DNA of 63,947 bases, filler included, from Guillardia theta CCMP2712 (Eukaryota > Protista > Cryptophyta), in the NCBI RefSeq assembly GCF_000315625.1. It is 7 parts of 7 records of this genome, joined end to end, with 100 filler letters (N's around TTAATTAATTAA, not from the genome) between each part and the next. Parts side by side here need not be neighbours in the genome. Positions count along the whole stretch, not along the records: positions 47,345 to 60,186 come from NW_005434627.1; positions 60,287 to 61,717 come from NW_005434664.1; positions 61,818 to 63,947 come from NW_005434064.1; 4 more parts are not named here. One strand, given 5' to 3'. Of the stretch, positions 51,718 through 63,947 are shown piece after piece; position 1 is the stretch's first letter; the number at the start of each line of letters is the position of its first letter. A program made the position numbers and the translations under genes. The notes below the pieces were generated by a model. The model had not been told where the DNA came from, ran no database searches, and saw only the letters and a program-made list of their open reading frames with translations.

Positions 51718-53331
51718 GTTTGTTGGAACAATCGCCTCTAGTTGAGCTGCGACGATGGACTCTGCAACAAGATACTCTATCAGAAGTCACAGGACAACTC
51801 GTGTTTACAATGTGTGTCTCAGATGCAGCCTGTCAGCAACTGATATGTGTCCCTTCTCGCGTCGTTCGATGCTTCCCCACAGGTTTCCACAAACCCCACG
51901 ACAGTCTGCGATGTTCTCCGATTAGATCAAGAGCTAGCAGGACGAACTGACTTGGTCCGCCATCAGAACTTTGTGTTCATTTCAACATTTTGGCATGGAA
52001 ACCAGCCATGTCGCCCTCTCACACACCCTCTTCCTCCCCCTCCTCCTCCTGCTCGAACAACCATTTCAAAAATCTTTGCTCGCCGACCACCCTACCCCCC
52101 TGGCTCCACCAACAAAACACCCTCGAGGTGAATACCCCTCTACTTGACTTGAACTACCCTCCTTTGGCCACATGCCCACCCCACCCCCAGCCGATCAGCA
52201 AAATTCAAGCTGGGGCGGGCTCTCGAGCTTCCGGGCCCAGTGATCCGAGATCCGAGCCTCGTGTCTCAGTTTCTCAGGCTTCCGAAGCATAGCGTTGCCG
52301 TTCCGTATCCTTGTCGGATCAGTCAACCAGGGTGGTTCTCATAGTAGTTTTAGTCAAATTAAAGCGGCAAGAGAAAATTGAGCTAAAAATGTTTGCTCCG
52401 TCAATTTATGTACCTTTTTCGTTGCCAGGGGCTGCCGGGCCATCCAAGACGAGAAGGGCAATGTTGAGCAAAACCTTCCTCTATTTGATATGAATAGGCG
52501 TGTATAGTTGACTAAATAATCATGAGGTGGCTCGGGGTAGGTATTCAAATGATTTGAATCTTTCCAACGGCCTCCAGCCCGTGTTGAGGGGTAGGGGGTA
52601 GTGCAAACTTCTCGTATCAATCTAAAACACTTGTAAACGACCTCACACTTGCCCCGGTCTCTTCCCTATCCCACTACTCCCAATGTACTCAGGGACTGTT
52701 TGCTCAGCTGCTGAGCGCAGTCAAGGACCATGGCCCCTCAATGTTAACTCCTGAAAGTGCCAGGCAAGTACTGAGATCAAACAGCTCAATTCTTGGCTGA
52801 GAATCACACCTATAGTAGGTTGAATGTGAAAGGTATGCATCGAAATTTGCACTTGCGTACCAAAGCACTCATCAGCTATAGGTGCTGGTTATTCACTTCC
52901 AGAAGAAGGGAAACATGAAGGGAACCGATCAGAGAAGCAACCTTCGAAGACATAAAGGAAATTCGATTCTCCTTGTTGTGTTGACGCCCTAGCTTCCTTT
53001 ACCTGAATGCTTCGTCGGTTGAATATGAAACATATTTCAAGAGACTTCCTGTTGCTTTGCCATGATTGCGTTTTTTGAGGCTTCTCCCAACCTATTGTAA
53101 TATGGCGGTGTCATTTGTGAGGAGGTGAGGAGTTTGAGAGGCTGGGGGAAGGAGAGGGGAGGGGTTGGAAGGGAAATGGACGCCTGGGAGGCCAGGCTAG
53201 TTGATATGCCTGATCGCTGCGAGAGGAGATGCCGGAGGAGAGACTGTTTACTCAAGACCACTAGCGAGGAAGGCAGGAGGGCGAGGAGGACATGAGAGGA
53301 GAGGAAGGAGAAAGCTACGGGTAGAGACGGT

Positions 53332-54445
53332 TTACTTGACAGCACTAATGAGGAAGGGATGCTTCAGAGCCTCCAGTGCCGTAATCCTCGTGCGGGGATC
53401 GATGTCGAGGCAGCAGTTGAGGAAGTCCCAGATCGCATGTTTCTCATCCACCTCCAGCCAGTCCTTGCATCCCGCATGCGCGCCCAGGGAGCTTGACAAG
53501 GTCCGCCATGTTTGCTTGAAACCGCGGGCATAGCTGAGATGCAGTTCCAATGGTGGAATCTGAATGACATCAAGTTAGCAACCTCAGGCCTCCCTCCTCC
53601 ATATCACCCTCATCCTCATCCTCTTGATACAACAACGCCGACGACAACAATTTTACCTTAACGTCGAGCTTGAAATCTTCGATAACATCTCTGATCTTAT
53701 CTCTGTACTGACCCGTATACCCATAGTTGTGCTTCCACACAGCATCCATGCTCTTGATGTACATGCGCAAGCTGCTCAGACAGTCAGACAAGCGCACTTC
53801 CAAGGTACACAAAGAGATCTCCATCGTTGCCGTGACTATGTCGTTATGCTGGAACCATTGGAACTGTGTCGTGCGGCACAGCAGGGTAAGCAGTACTACC
53901 CCAGCAGCCCACACGTCCACTGCTGTGGTCTGGCACTGCATGCCCATGAGCACTTCGGGCGCTCGGTATCCCCGAGTTCCCGCGCGGTTGACTGGACGTT
54001 CGAATTTGACCCCTGAGTTCCTCACTGTCACCGATGCGTTCGTCTTGCTGACGCCCAACATGATCCGCCTCTTCGCCATCTGCTGCGCCATCTCTAGTTT
54101 CTCCTGCTCCTTTTGATTCCGCGAGGAGCGAGAGCTGGCCGTAGAAACCTCACAGGGCAAGATGTTGCCGATGCTGCGGCCTGATGAATGCATTTGTTTC
54201 TATGCCAGCCCAAAGTCCACAAGCAAGTACTTCTTATTCCTTCTGTCGTAGAGCCTCCGAGGAAGTTATTCAATTTCACGTCTCGATGTATAATAAATGT
54301 ATAATGTATAAGACAGTTCTTGCTCAAGACCGAGTTTAATGCACACTGTGACACGAAACCACTGAGAATTGAGGCAGCACCGTCTGCACATGAGACGTGA
54401 CTCCCGACTGTCACAGTGGTATGCTAGAATATGAAACTCAAGCAT
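53332..54445 (-). pseudogene. CDC7: Cdc7-like Ser/Thr kinase pseudogene
   Basis: IIHRDVK..NFL, YLLVDFGLA then in-frame TAG (54200-54202), long insert, NRAGTRGYRAPEVL, QTTAVDVWAAG, LDIDPRTRITALEALKHPF. Frameshifts near 54250-54310; N-lobe largely missing; one intron retained (~53560-53656). Confidence 0.8.
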
Positions 54446-54964
54446 CATTGCAACGCCGCCGCTGTTCATCACACGGACGGCCCACTGCCCGGTACCGCCG
54501 GGCATTGCCGCCGCGTGGGGCCGCCGCCTGGCTCGGAACTTGACTCTCACCCGGGTCAGTGACCGTTCAACCGTTCAACGGTTGACTCACCGGTAGCCTT
54601 GAAGCCTGGGACCGGTCCGCCGGAGAGTCCGGCTCGCCCGGCCGCGGCCGTCGGACCTTGAGTTTTCAGTGTTCAATCATAACTGATGGCAGCGGGGCTA
54701 TCTGATCGGACTGGCCGCACTGCAGTGCGGCATGGCTGGCATGCTGATCCCGGCATTAAGAGTCGGCAGTGCCGACGGTGACCGTGTCACGCGCCGGGCT
54801 GCGGCCGCGCCGGACTCGACTCGGAGGCTCGGAGCCCGCGTCCGACTCGGAGGCTGGCCTGCCTGGCATTGCCGCGCCCTGAGCCCCGGGCGGCGCTGAC
54901 TCATGGCATGCCGGAACTTGGAACACTCAGTGCGCCCGAAATGATTCAGGGCCACAAAAAATAT

Positions 54965-55369
54965 TTGGAACAACTTGAAAATTGAGGGGTTGTTCGGCCT
55001 GAAATCTTTGTGTGTCACGCAAGCAAGTCCAACCTACATGGAACAACGTGAAAATTGAGGGGGTGTTCGGCCTGAAATCTTTGTGTGTCACGCTCCTCCA
55101 AGTTTCAAGTTGTTCCATATAGTTTGGAGCAAGTCCAACCTACATGGAACAACTTGAAAATTGAGGGGGTGTTCGGCTTGAAATCTTTGTGTGTCACGCT
55201 CCTCCGGCCTGAAATCTTTGTGTGTCACGCTCCTCCAAGTTTCAAGTTGTTCCATATAGTTTGGAGCAAGTCCAACCTACATGGAACAACTTGAAAATTG
55301 AGGGGATGTTCGGCCTGAAATCTTTGTGTGTCACGCTCCTCCGGCCTGAAATCTTTGTGTGTCACGCTC
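54965..55369 (+). repeat. Tandem array (74-137 bp periods) containing a 57-nt near-perfect hairpin
   Basis: Units start tggaacaacttgaaaattgagggg at ~54966, 55039, 55145, 55282; hairpin TTTCAAGTTGTTCCATATAGTTTGGA-GCAAG-TCCAACCTACATGGAACAACTTGAAA at 55103-55159 and 55240-55296. Confidence 0.9.
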
Positions 55370-55479
55370 CCCGGCATCGCAAGTCAGCTTTGATGGCCAT
55401 TATGGCCTTCACAGGCGTGGCTGGCCCTCCGAAGCTCAATCATGATGCATCGCCAATACGATATCAAATATCAAAATAA

Positions 55480-57360
55480 AAATATCAATGTTGAAAGTTT
55501 CCCGCCACTGTGAACTCTGCGAAGCCGTACAGATATGAGGATGTGCAGCGTTTGACAGAGCAAGACAAGTCAGGTGAGCATTTATCTCTTTTTTTTTCAT
55601 CGAAATTATCACGGGAAGAGATCCAAATGACGTGTTCTTGATGCAGGTTGGAATGATTTGCAGCCTTTGGCAACTTGTATGAGATTGATGAACGGGTGAA
55701 GACTTTGGCAAGTGCCCAACCAATATTACAAACCGGTATCCAGGAGTACGTAGACGTACCAGTAAGCCGCCCAGCATACAAAACTCTCGAGACAATGGCT
55801 GCATACGAAGGGGTTTTCGACACATCGCAGAACTGTCCCGATGTGAAAAGGTTGTGACATGAAATGGGCACAAACAAAGATAAGTTCAGGACTCGGGAGT
55901 CGATCAGGTCTAGGCAAAATATTGACATGGTCATCTCACTGCATGGAAGAACATGCAAAACTGAAGGAAAAGCTCAACAGAAAGTTCTAAATGAACATCT
56001 ACAGCGCATTTTAGCAGTCACGGTCGGAGCAGGTTGATGCTTGAAACAAAGATGATCCTCAGTACAATCGAATGATGACAAGTAAGTCCCGTGGTTCGTG
56101 AAGGATTCTTCATCCAATTCTTAAGGATGTGTTGGAACGATGAAACATTTTGCAAATCACCAATTTCATCACACTGACTGATGCATCATGTAAATATTAC
56201 TGGTGTGAACTTGCATCAGATTCTGTTCATCGGATGAACCGCTACCAAGCAGTTGATGTCACAGCAAACAAGAGAGCCGTTTTGAAGATGCTGATATTCC
56301 TGACCGTAGAGCATTCAAGATGTGGCCACATGTCACATGCTTCTTGGTTAACGCAGATACACCCTCGCCAGGCAAAAGATGGAACGTCTTCAGGATTACA
56401 GGGAGGTCGGTTGTGCTTGTACCCTGATTGTAACTCTTCTAATAAAGATATGATAACCTGAATGTGCAATTCTGTTTGTTGATTCACAGTGTTTGCGACT
56501 CGATTGCAATCATCGAGTGCTTGCTCTGTTGAACAAGGCACTCCTCTGTAGAGCCATGCGACAAGAACACTACAGTTGCACGGTAGCATTGCGACACCAA
56601 GACAGGATTGATCCGATGAACGTCTCATTTATTGATACGCAAAGGCGTCATCTGCACATTGTTTCATTTCTGACTAGGTTTCTGTGCAATCGAAATCCTT
56701 GTGAAAATATCATGAACGAGGAAAAATTTGAAGCGAAACGGAAAAATCATCGAAATATGATCATGGATATAGTGATTCATGATCAACAACGGTTCTCTAC
56801 AGTCATCTATGCGGGCAGGAACAGTCATCTTCTGTGCAAACGTCTCTTCATGTATCGTTGAACGGTTGAGTGCATGTAAGACTTGCCTCCATAGAAAGGT
56901 GAAGTGCATGAATCCTGACTGTAAGACTAGAAGAATTGAAAGCAAGTGATGACATGAGAACACATATCTAGACAGAAAAGTCGCTCAAGGTACAGCTGGA
57001 TACAAATTTCTCACAAATCACAGTCATGCATTTGAGCGCAACGTGCAACCTACGGCAATTTGAATAAAGGGTCAATCAGAGTTGATTCTGTTCAATGGTG
57101 TATCGATTATCAATTCCTTACCTGATCATAAAAATTTCATCTTGTCTTCGAAGAATATTTGCAAGTACACCCGCGGATTGTTTGAACCTAGGGTGCATAT
57201 TCCATTGCAGGATGGATGATTCAAAACCTTGGCCCAACCTGTAGAGTTGAGAAAGAAGCTCGATCATCTCTTACAGGTATGATATGAGATCTTCATCTCA
57301 TTTCTATCTCAGTTGGGTTGGATTCGAAGTCTCTCAATATCAAGGTTCATCCTGGTGAGT
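55480..57360. pseudogene. AT-richer, stop-interrupted coding-like sequence of unknown origin
   Basis: Coding-like segments broken by stops on both strands (e.g. + YEIDERVKTLASAQP...DVKRL*HEMG; - GFESSILQWNMHPRFKQSAGVLANILRRQDEIFMIR). Confidence 0.35.
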
Positions 57361-59546
57361 CAGGAAGGCACCATTTCATCGCTTCTTGCTCGTCCAGGGA
57401 GAGGGGGCTTGGGGAATGAGAAATGGGGGTTACCCCCACCCCCTATTGTAGAGTTTCAAACTCGTTCAAAGGTGGGTAGTTGAGGGTGCTCCATACCCAC
57501 CCCACCACCCAAAATGACTCAAACGGAGGGGTTCTCGGATCCGAAGGAGTCCCGCCTCCATCACCCCCTCTCATTTGAATTGAATGGTTCAGGCCGACCC
57601 CACATACAGGCTTGCAGTTTTCTTATGTATGCCCATATGATTTGATCGGACAGGCCCCAGGTTCAAGGGATGAAGCAATCACCAGCATGCTTGAAGATTT
57701 TTCATGGGAGTGGGGTTATACTTGTACCGGGTGTGTACAATACATAGGGGAGAACCCCGAATGGTATCAAAAGAGTACCAAAGTCACATGGTTCGGACTG
57801 TACTAACTGGTACCAAGAAATTGTACTCAAGAAGACCCTACCCCTGAAAAAGTCCTGCTTGGCTCTTCGTGATTTGAATTCGGAACACGGTCGGAAGACC
57901 CACCCCGCCCCCACATGAGGCGTGGTATGCGTGGATTTGAATCTACCACCCTCACCGCGAAACGTTTTAGAGCTACAAGGTCAATTGAGAAAGGCAACGC
58001 TATGGTTCCGAAGTTCTCGCCGTTACCGGCCGTTTGGCCTGTGCGACAGTGTCAGGGTCAAGCCTCCTCGACTCTCCTGACCTGTCCTCACACTGATCTT
58101 TAACTCGGACTCCCGTCATGGTCACGCCCGGTCAACAGAGTCTGACTCTCAGGCGGCCAGCCTGCCACACCGTGCCGGGGCCCAGTGACGGTGCCCGGCC
58201 GCCGCCCGGCCGCGGGATACGCCCAGGGGGAACTACCGGGTACTAAGAACCGCGCCGGTACCGGCGGTGACCTGATGCGACCATCATCCGGCCCAGCGGC
58301 GGCGAACGGATGGCCGCCCGGGCCCGCGGCCACGCCCGCGTCATCGGACTCGAGTCCGGCCCGAGTACGGTCGGCCCGGCGGCGGGGGCGGGCGCGGCCG
58401 ACCGACTCGCTCGGAGCGTTCAACCCGGACCGCCCCGGCGGCGGCCGGGGCGCGCCCGCAAGGCTCAGTGCCCGCACTGCCCGGCCAGACGGGAGGCTCA
58501 GTGAGGCCCGGCCCGATCATCGGCTCGGATCACAAGTTCGGCGGATCCGACCGGCGTGCCAGCGGCGGGTCAGCCGACATTCGCGGTACCGTGGCTAGTC
58601 GGAAAAAAGGACTGAGACGTGGCAGGGGGAATAAAGGGTGGGGTCATCCTACTAGGAGATTAAACAGGGTAGGTAGTCAAGAGGTCGGGGGGTAGGTCGT
58701 GAAGGGGGTGGGTAGGAAAACAATAGATAGGGAGGGGTGGTAAGAGCTATCTTTTGGTCATTACGTAGCAAAAGATGGCTACTTTCAAATGTGGTGGGTA
58801 GTGGTACTATGGATGGGTGGGGTGGTGAAAGGGAGGGTGGGCTGTGGTACTTATCTTTTGAGAGGGGAGGGTAGGTGGGGGGCGGGGGTTGTAAAAGATC
58901 CGGGCATAAACGAGAGCGAAGATATGGTTTGGTGGAATGAGGAGAGGAGGAGAGGAGAGAGGAGAGGAGAGAGGAGAGAGGAGAGAGGAGAGAGGAGAAG
59001 AGAGGAGGAAGAGAGGAGGGGAACAAGAAAGAGGAATGAAAGTAGCAGAAGGATAGATAAGGTGGGGGTGCAGGTGATGTGGATCAGGCAAGGAAAGAAG
59101 AAACAAAGGGTGAAAGGAGGCGAGGTAAGGTCAAGAAGCAGTCGATGAGAGCAGGTTGGGAGTGTAAGATGATGATATGATGATATGACATCATGCATGT
59201 TCATGATGCACACGTGGTCTGGTTTAAGTTGTTAAGGTACGCGATTATTTCCACTTGTGCCTCAAGATTCTTGTCTTCAGCGATGAAGAACTAGATGAAA
59301 CTCAAAGCAGCTACGAGAAGAGGAGAGAGGATTGATAAAGAGTGGATGGCAAGAACATGGAACAGAACAGGCTGGAGTTTACCTGAAGTGAAGTGATGTG
59401 ATGTGTTATGTTGTGGTGTGGTGTGATGTGACACGGAAGGTAAATGGATCAAACATTCCTACATGTCGTCCATGTTGAAGCTACGTGCTGCATCCTCAAA
59501 CTGCTTGAGGATGAAAGATTGGTTTGCTTGCAGAATCAAGATCTGT

Positions 59547-60156
59547 ATGTCTTTCTTCGCGGACGTTCCCAAGGTTCGGGTAGAGGGGGACGGTGCTTGT
59601 TGCTCAGCCACCCCCTGACAGGCTCCTCCTGATCCTCTGCTGTCCATCACCGGGAGATTCAAGGCCGATTCACGCCCCAACAAGTTCGACCTGGGCATTG
59701 GAGTCCTTAGAAGGTGCCGCTGCTCCAGCCTCACCCCTGTGCTGAAGCTTCTCATGCAGGACCGACAACACCTCCCATGAGTTCGAGACGGTCAAGGTAG
59801 CCGCCAAGTCCGTGGCCCCAAGCTGCTTCTACCCGCATCCAGGAGGCGACGACAAGTTTGTCTCCCTCATGGCCGAAGTGATCTTCGGCTCCTCCCTCCC
59901 CCCCCGCGTCGATGGGCGTGCAGACCGTGGGAGGGAGCGGGGCCCTCCGGGTGTGCGCGGAGCTCCTGGTATCCCAGGGGATCACAACGATGATGCTTCC
60001 CGACCCTTCCTGGGCGAACCACAAGCCGCTGCTGGGAGGAGGAGGGCTGAAGATCACGGAGTACCGCTACTTCAAGCAAGATACGCACACTGTCGACATC
60101 GATAGCATGCTCGCGGACATCCAGGCTTGACCCCCCAAGACTGCGATCATGTTCAG
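59547..60156 (+). pseudogene. Aspartate/aromatic aminotransferase (class I), 5' half, disrupted or mis-assembled
   Basis: MSFFADVPK|APPDPLLSITGRFKADSRPNKFDLGIG...VQTVGGSGALR...DPSWANHK...YRYF. One-base frameshift near 59913 and TGA at 60128-60130, close to the contig end. Confidence 0.8.
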
Positions 60157-60714
60157 GTTGTGATGTGTGGGTGGTGTGACGATGATNNNNNNNNNNNNNN
60201 NNNNNNNNNNNNNNNNNNNNNNNNNNNNNNTTAATTAATTAANNNNNNNNNNNNNNNNNNNNNNNNNNNNNNNNNNNNNNNNNNNNCGCAGCGTCGGACA
60301 GGTACCGCCTCATGGCTGAGCGATCCATCGAGTTCGCCTTTGTCGTTGACCAGCTCGAGTGCCGGGAGCTGCTCAACTAGAGACTCTTAAAAACGTGAGC
60401 CGTTACAAAAGTACGTCCGTTACACAATGACCGTTTCGAAACTGCGAAGATGCCATGCGATGGGGGTGGGAGAGAGGAGGAGGAGGAGGAGGAGGAGGAG
60501 GAGGAGGAGGAGGAGGAGGAGGAGGAGGAGGAGGAGGAGGAGGAGGACGGAGGAGGAGGAGGAGGAGGAGGAGGAGGAGGCGGAGGAGGAGAGGGAGGAG
60601 GAGAGTCACGGTCCTGAACCCTAAACCCTCTTGTAGGCGAAGAAGGCGAAAGCGAAGCACGAGAAGGAGGTTAGCGACGCTGCAGCCTCCTGCCTCCCCT
60701 GACCCCTCCCGCAG

Positions 60715-61465
60715 ATCAAGAAGAGTGAATCTCTCCAGAAGCCCAAGGTATTCATGAAGTGGAGGACGAGGACAAGGATGAGGACGATGAGAGAGTGATG
60801 ACCGAAGAGGAGGAGGAAGAGGAGGAGGAGGAGGAGGAGGAGGAGAGGAATAACTGGAGGTGGGGAGGAGGAAGAGGAGAGGAGGAGAGCGCAAGGGGGA
60901 AAGAGCTCTCTAGTCAGACGCGGCAGGTGGAGGACGTCAAGTCAAAGTCAGCGAGCAAGTGGGGAAACCTCGTCTACCTCTGTGCGGTTCACTTCAAGGG
61001 CTTCAACGTCCCTGGTCAAGTTTATGAGATGTCCTCGTTCGCCGAGGGGAAGCTGAAGAAGCTGGTGGGAAATGATGATGTTGATGATGATATTGATGAT
61101 GATGATATTGATGATGATGATATTGATGATGATGATGATGATGATGATGGAAGTCATAATGGAGATCATGATGGAACTCATACTTGTTCCTCCATCGTTA
61201 TGTGAATTGTAAATTCGTGGCAGGCGGACTCAAGCAGAGATGCTTTTATAGAGTACAACATGAGGCAGCTTGCCAGGTGACAGCAGAGGAGAAGAGTGAA
61301 AGAGGTGGAGGGAGGGGATGAGCACAGGAGGAGGGGAAACAAGATGGAGGACAGAGGATTGGAACAGTAGAATGTTGACTTGTTGGCAGAGTTTATCCTT
61401 TCGGAGGAAGAGTAGACTCTTCAAATCTTGATCCTGCAATCGGTGAGAGGACCCTACTTCTTGCA

Positions 61466-61533
<68 letters not shown>

Positions 61534-61650
61534 TCCCTTCCTCCATATACGCTTTCACTTCTCACTCTCCTCCTCCTCCCAGCATGGGCATCTGGCTGTC
61601 AGCTCGTAGCGCTCAATTTTCAGACTGGAGACAATTCGATGTGGCTCAAT
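60715..61650 (+). CDS. Phosphoinositide-specific phospholipase C, Y catalytic domain, partial
   Basis: Exons LVYLCAVHFKGF...YEMSSFAEGK, FIEYNMRQLAR|VYPFGGRVDSSNLDP, WASGCQLVALNFQTGDNSMWLN match canonical PI-PLC-Y motifs. Confidence 0.92.
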
Positions 61651-61817
61651 GTAAGCGCTTGCTCCTCCTCTTCTTGCTCCTCCTCTCCCCCCTTCCCTTC
61701 CCGTTTCTCCGTTGCTGNNNNNNNNNNNNNNNNNNNNNNNNNNNNNNNNNNNNNNNNNNNNTTAATTAATTAANNNNNNNNNNNNNNNNNNNNNNNNNNN
61801 NNNNNNNNNNNNNNNNN

Positions 61818-62113
61818 GTCAAGGGGAAACGGCCTTGCATTACGCCGCTAACAGCGGCTCCGTGGAGATCGGTAAGGCAGCTGGGCTGTTGCTGGGGGGC
61901 TGACGGGGATGCAGCCTCTGTCTTGGTCTCGCTGGGAGCGGAAGTGAATCACAAGGACAGGGAAGGCAACACAGCACTTCACTGCTGCGCGGCGAGAGGG
62001 GAGGTGGAAGTGCTGGCGATGCTGGTGAAGACGAAAGGAGACATCGAGGCAAAGAACCTCAACGGGGATACGCCGCTGATGGTTGCTGCGTTCTTCGGGT
62101 GATGATGAACAAG

Positions 62114-62161
<48 letters not shown>

Positions 62162-63019
62162 AGAGGGGAAGCAGGAGATATGGGCGAGAGGGAGACGAGA
62201 ATTTGGAGGAGATTATGAATGAAGCAGGAGGAAGAGGAGGAGGAAGGGTTGGGTTTGAGGGGGGGAGGGGGAGGAGGAGGATAAGGGGCGACTTCTGGGC
62301 TTGACATGTTTCACAGGAAAGCGGAAGTAGTCAAGAAGCTGATCAAGTATGGTGCTGACGTCAATGCATTCAACTCGCTTTTTTACACGGCATTGGACAT
62401 TGCAAGGAGAAATTATCGATTGCAAGTGCAAGAGGTTGCCTGTGCCTCCTCCTCCTCCTCCTCCTCCTTCTCCTCCTCCTCCTCCTTCGCCTCCGCCTCC
62501 GCCTCCGCCTCCTGCTCCTGCTCCTCCTCCACCACCCTTTCCCCCTTCCCCATCCTCTTCCTCCATCCTCCTCCCCCTTCCACCATCCTCCTCCACGTCC
62601 ACGTCCACATCCTTCTCCTCCGAGCGTCGCGTGAGATTCTTCTCAGGAGGACACGCCGGAAGGGTTCTACCTGCGGAAGTTCGACGAGTGGGAAGCAGAC
62701 CTGGAGAAGAATGGGCTCTTCGACCACGTAGAGGACAAGCACGAGAAGGATGTGCAGAAGACGTTCAGAGCGATGCAAGCGAGCAACGATGTTGTTCTGC
62801 TCTGCTGCCTTTGGTGAGACGCTGAACATGCTCCTGCAGTTGTCGCGCAAGAGAGGATGGAGCGGAGCGACCAGCAGGGCTGCGATCAGAGCATCCAAGA
62901 ACGTCTTCAAGCCGGACCCACGAGAAGTGAAGGAGATGATGAAGGAGGAGGAGGAGGAGGAGAGGGAGAGGGAGAGGGAGAGGGAGAGGGAGAGGGAGAG
63001 GGAATTTGAAATGATCTGA
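61818..63019 (+). CDS. Ankyrin-repeat protein, 3' part
   Basis: GETALHYAA, GNTALHCCA, GDTPLMVAA, GADVNA..TALDIA across GT-AG introns; stop at 63017-63019. Confidence 0.88.
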
Positions 63020-63279
63020 CTTTCATTCACACAACTTCATCTCGTCACATTCCTTATCACTTCTCTCACGTAGCCTTGCCAGAACCTCGTCGTTAGCACT
63101 CCCTCCATGTCAAGGATCTGCATGTGACGTGTTAATTTCTCGTCCCTCCCTCCCTCTCCCTCCCTCCCTCCTCTCAAGTGCTTTCCCCTCCCCTTCCGTC
63201 CCTCCATGACCACTCTTCACACCTCTCCTCCCATCTCCTCCTACCCTCCTCTCTCTTCCTCCCTCCTTCATCCAAACTC

Positions 63280-63660
63280 TCCCATCATGATCCTCCTCCG
63301 CTCCACGCGGTAGACAGGAACTCTTCCGCTCACCTCATCCCGGCGCTTCTCAAACTCCGTCACCTTCTCCTGCAGCATCGGCAGAGAAATTTCTTCGATC
63401 GATCTCACAGCGAGCACGGGAAGGCGGAGCAAGAGGGAGGACATTCCCTGTATCATTATCACTCCTCCTCCTCCTCCTCCTCCTCCCCTTCCCTCCTCCC
63501 CTTCCCTCCTCCTCCTCCACCACCTCCTCCTCCTCCTCCACCACCACCTCCTCCTCCTCCTCCTCGCCTCCCTCTGCACGAACCTCAACCAGGGACAGTA
63601 AGATGTGAAGAAGCTCGTCGGGGTCCGTGGCACATATCAAGATATGAACTAACGTGAACG
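63280..63660 (-). CDS. Probable exons of a hypothetical gene
   Basis: After a tacag acceptor: GMSSLLLRLPVLAVRSIEEISLPMLQEKVTEFEKRRDE; flanked by purine-rich SSR introns. Confidence 0.35.
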
Positions 63661-63947
63661 GAGGAGAGCAGAAGGGAAGTCCCGCTACGAGCTTCCGGAC
63701 GACTGATACTAGCTGTCAGAGGGCCCCCCCGATTACCTATGCTTCGAGAAATTCTAGCATGAAACACGAGTGGTTTCCGACGATGCATGAGCACATACGG
63801 AAATTATGAGCTTGCTCCTCGGACTCACGGTGAAGGAGCCTCTAACTTCCCCGTGTCTTATTCTTCCCGAAGACATCCATGCTCCCTTAGTTCCGATCGC
63901 GAGGCGGGGACTACTCAGTCTTATACGAAAACCTGGTCTTGGAAGCT

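Noticed and set aside
58100-58695. Pro/Arg/Gly/Ala-rich ORFs in the GC-rich tract
   Set aside because: Stop-poor because of extreme GC content; no domain or splice evidence

Overview
Eukaryotic (protist/alga-like) genomic DNA. It is not one continuous locus: six artificial N-padded TTAATTAATTAA linkers (12583, 26206, 42687, 47289, 60231, 61762) join seven unlinked contigs. Six contigs look like ordinary host genome: intron-rich genes with ~45-60 bp introns or microsatellite-swollen introns, resembling a cryptophyte (inference only). They carry a PUL-domain protein, a two-RRM hnRNP/Musashi-like protein, an SLC25A39/40 (Mtm1)-like carrier, a MUB/UBL3 ubiquitin-fold protein, a CNBD-bearing K+ channel, a probable INTS5, coiled-coil proteins, a Cdc7-like pseudogene, a disrupted aspartate aminotransferase, a PI-PLC Y domain and an ankyrin protein. 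Contig 12639-26161 is very different and is the main candidate system. It is gene-dense and lacks the host microsatellites. Its mostly orphan ORFs are separated by short AT-rich spacers with TTTT(A/G)AAAA motifs, and most spacers hold a different minisatellite (25, 12, 76 and 15/19 bp units). Four of its proteins carry NLS-like basic clusters, two genes need short spliceosomal introns, and it holds a frameshifted SOUL heme-binding gene and a Cys-rich surface protein gene. This fits a partly decayed endogenous or episomal nucleus-replicating large DNA virus (mirusvirus-like or NCLDV-like), but no viral hallmark gene is recognisable in the window. All family calls come from reading motifs by eye; no searches were run.
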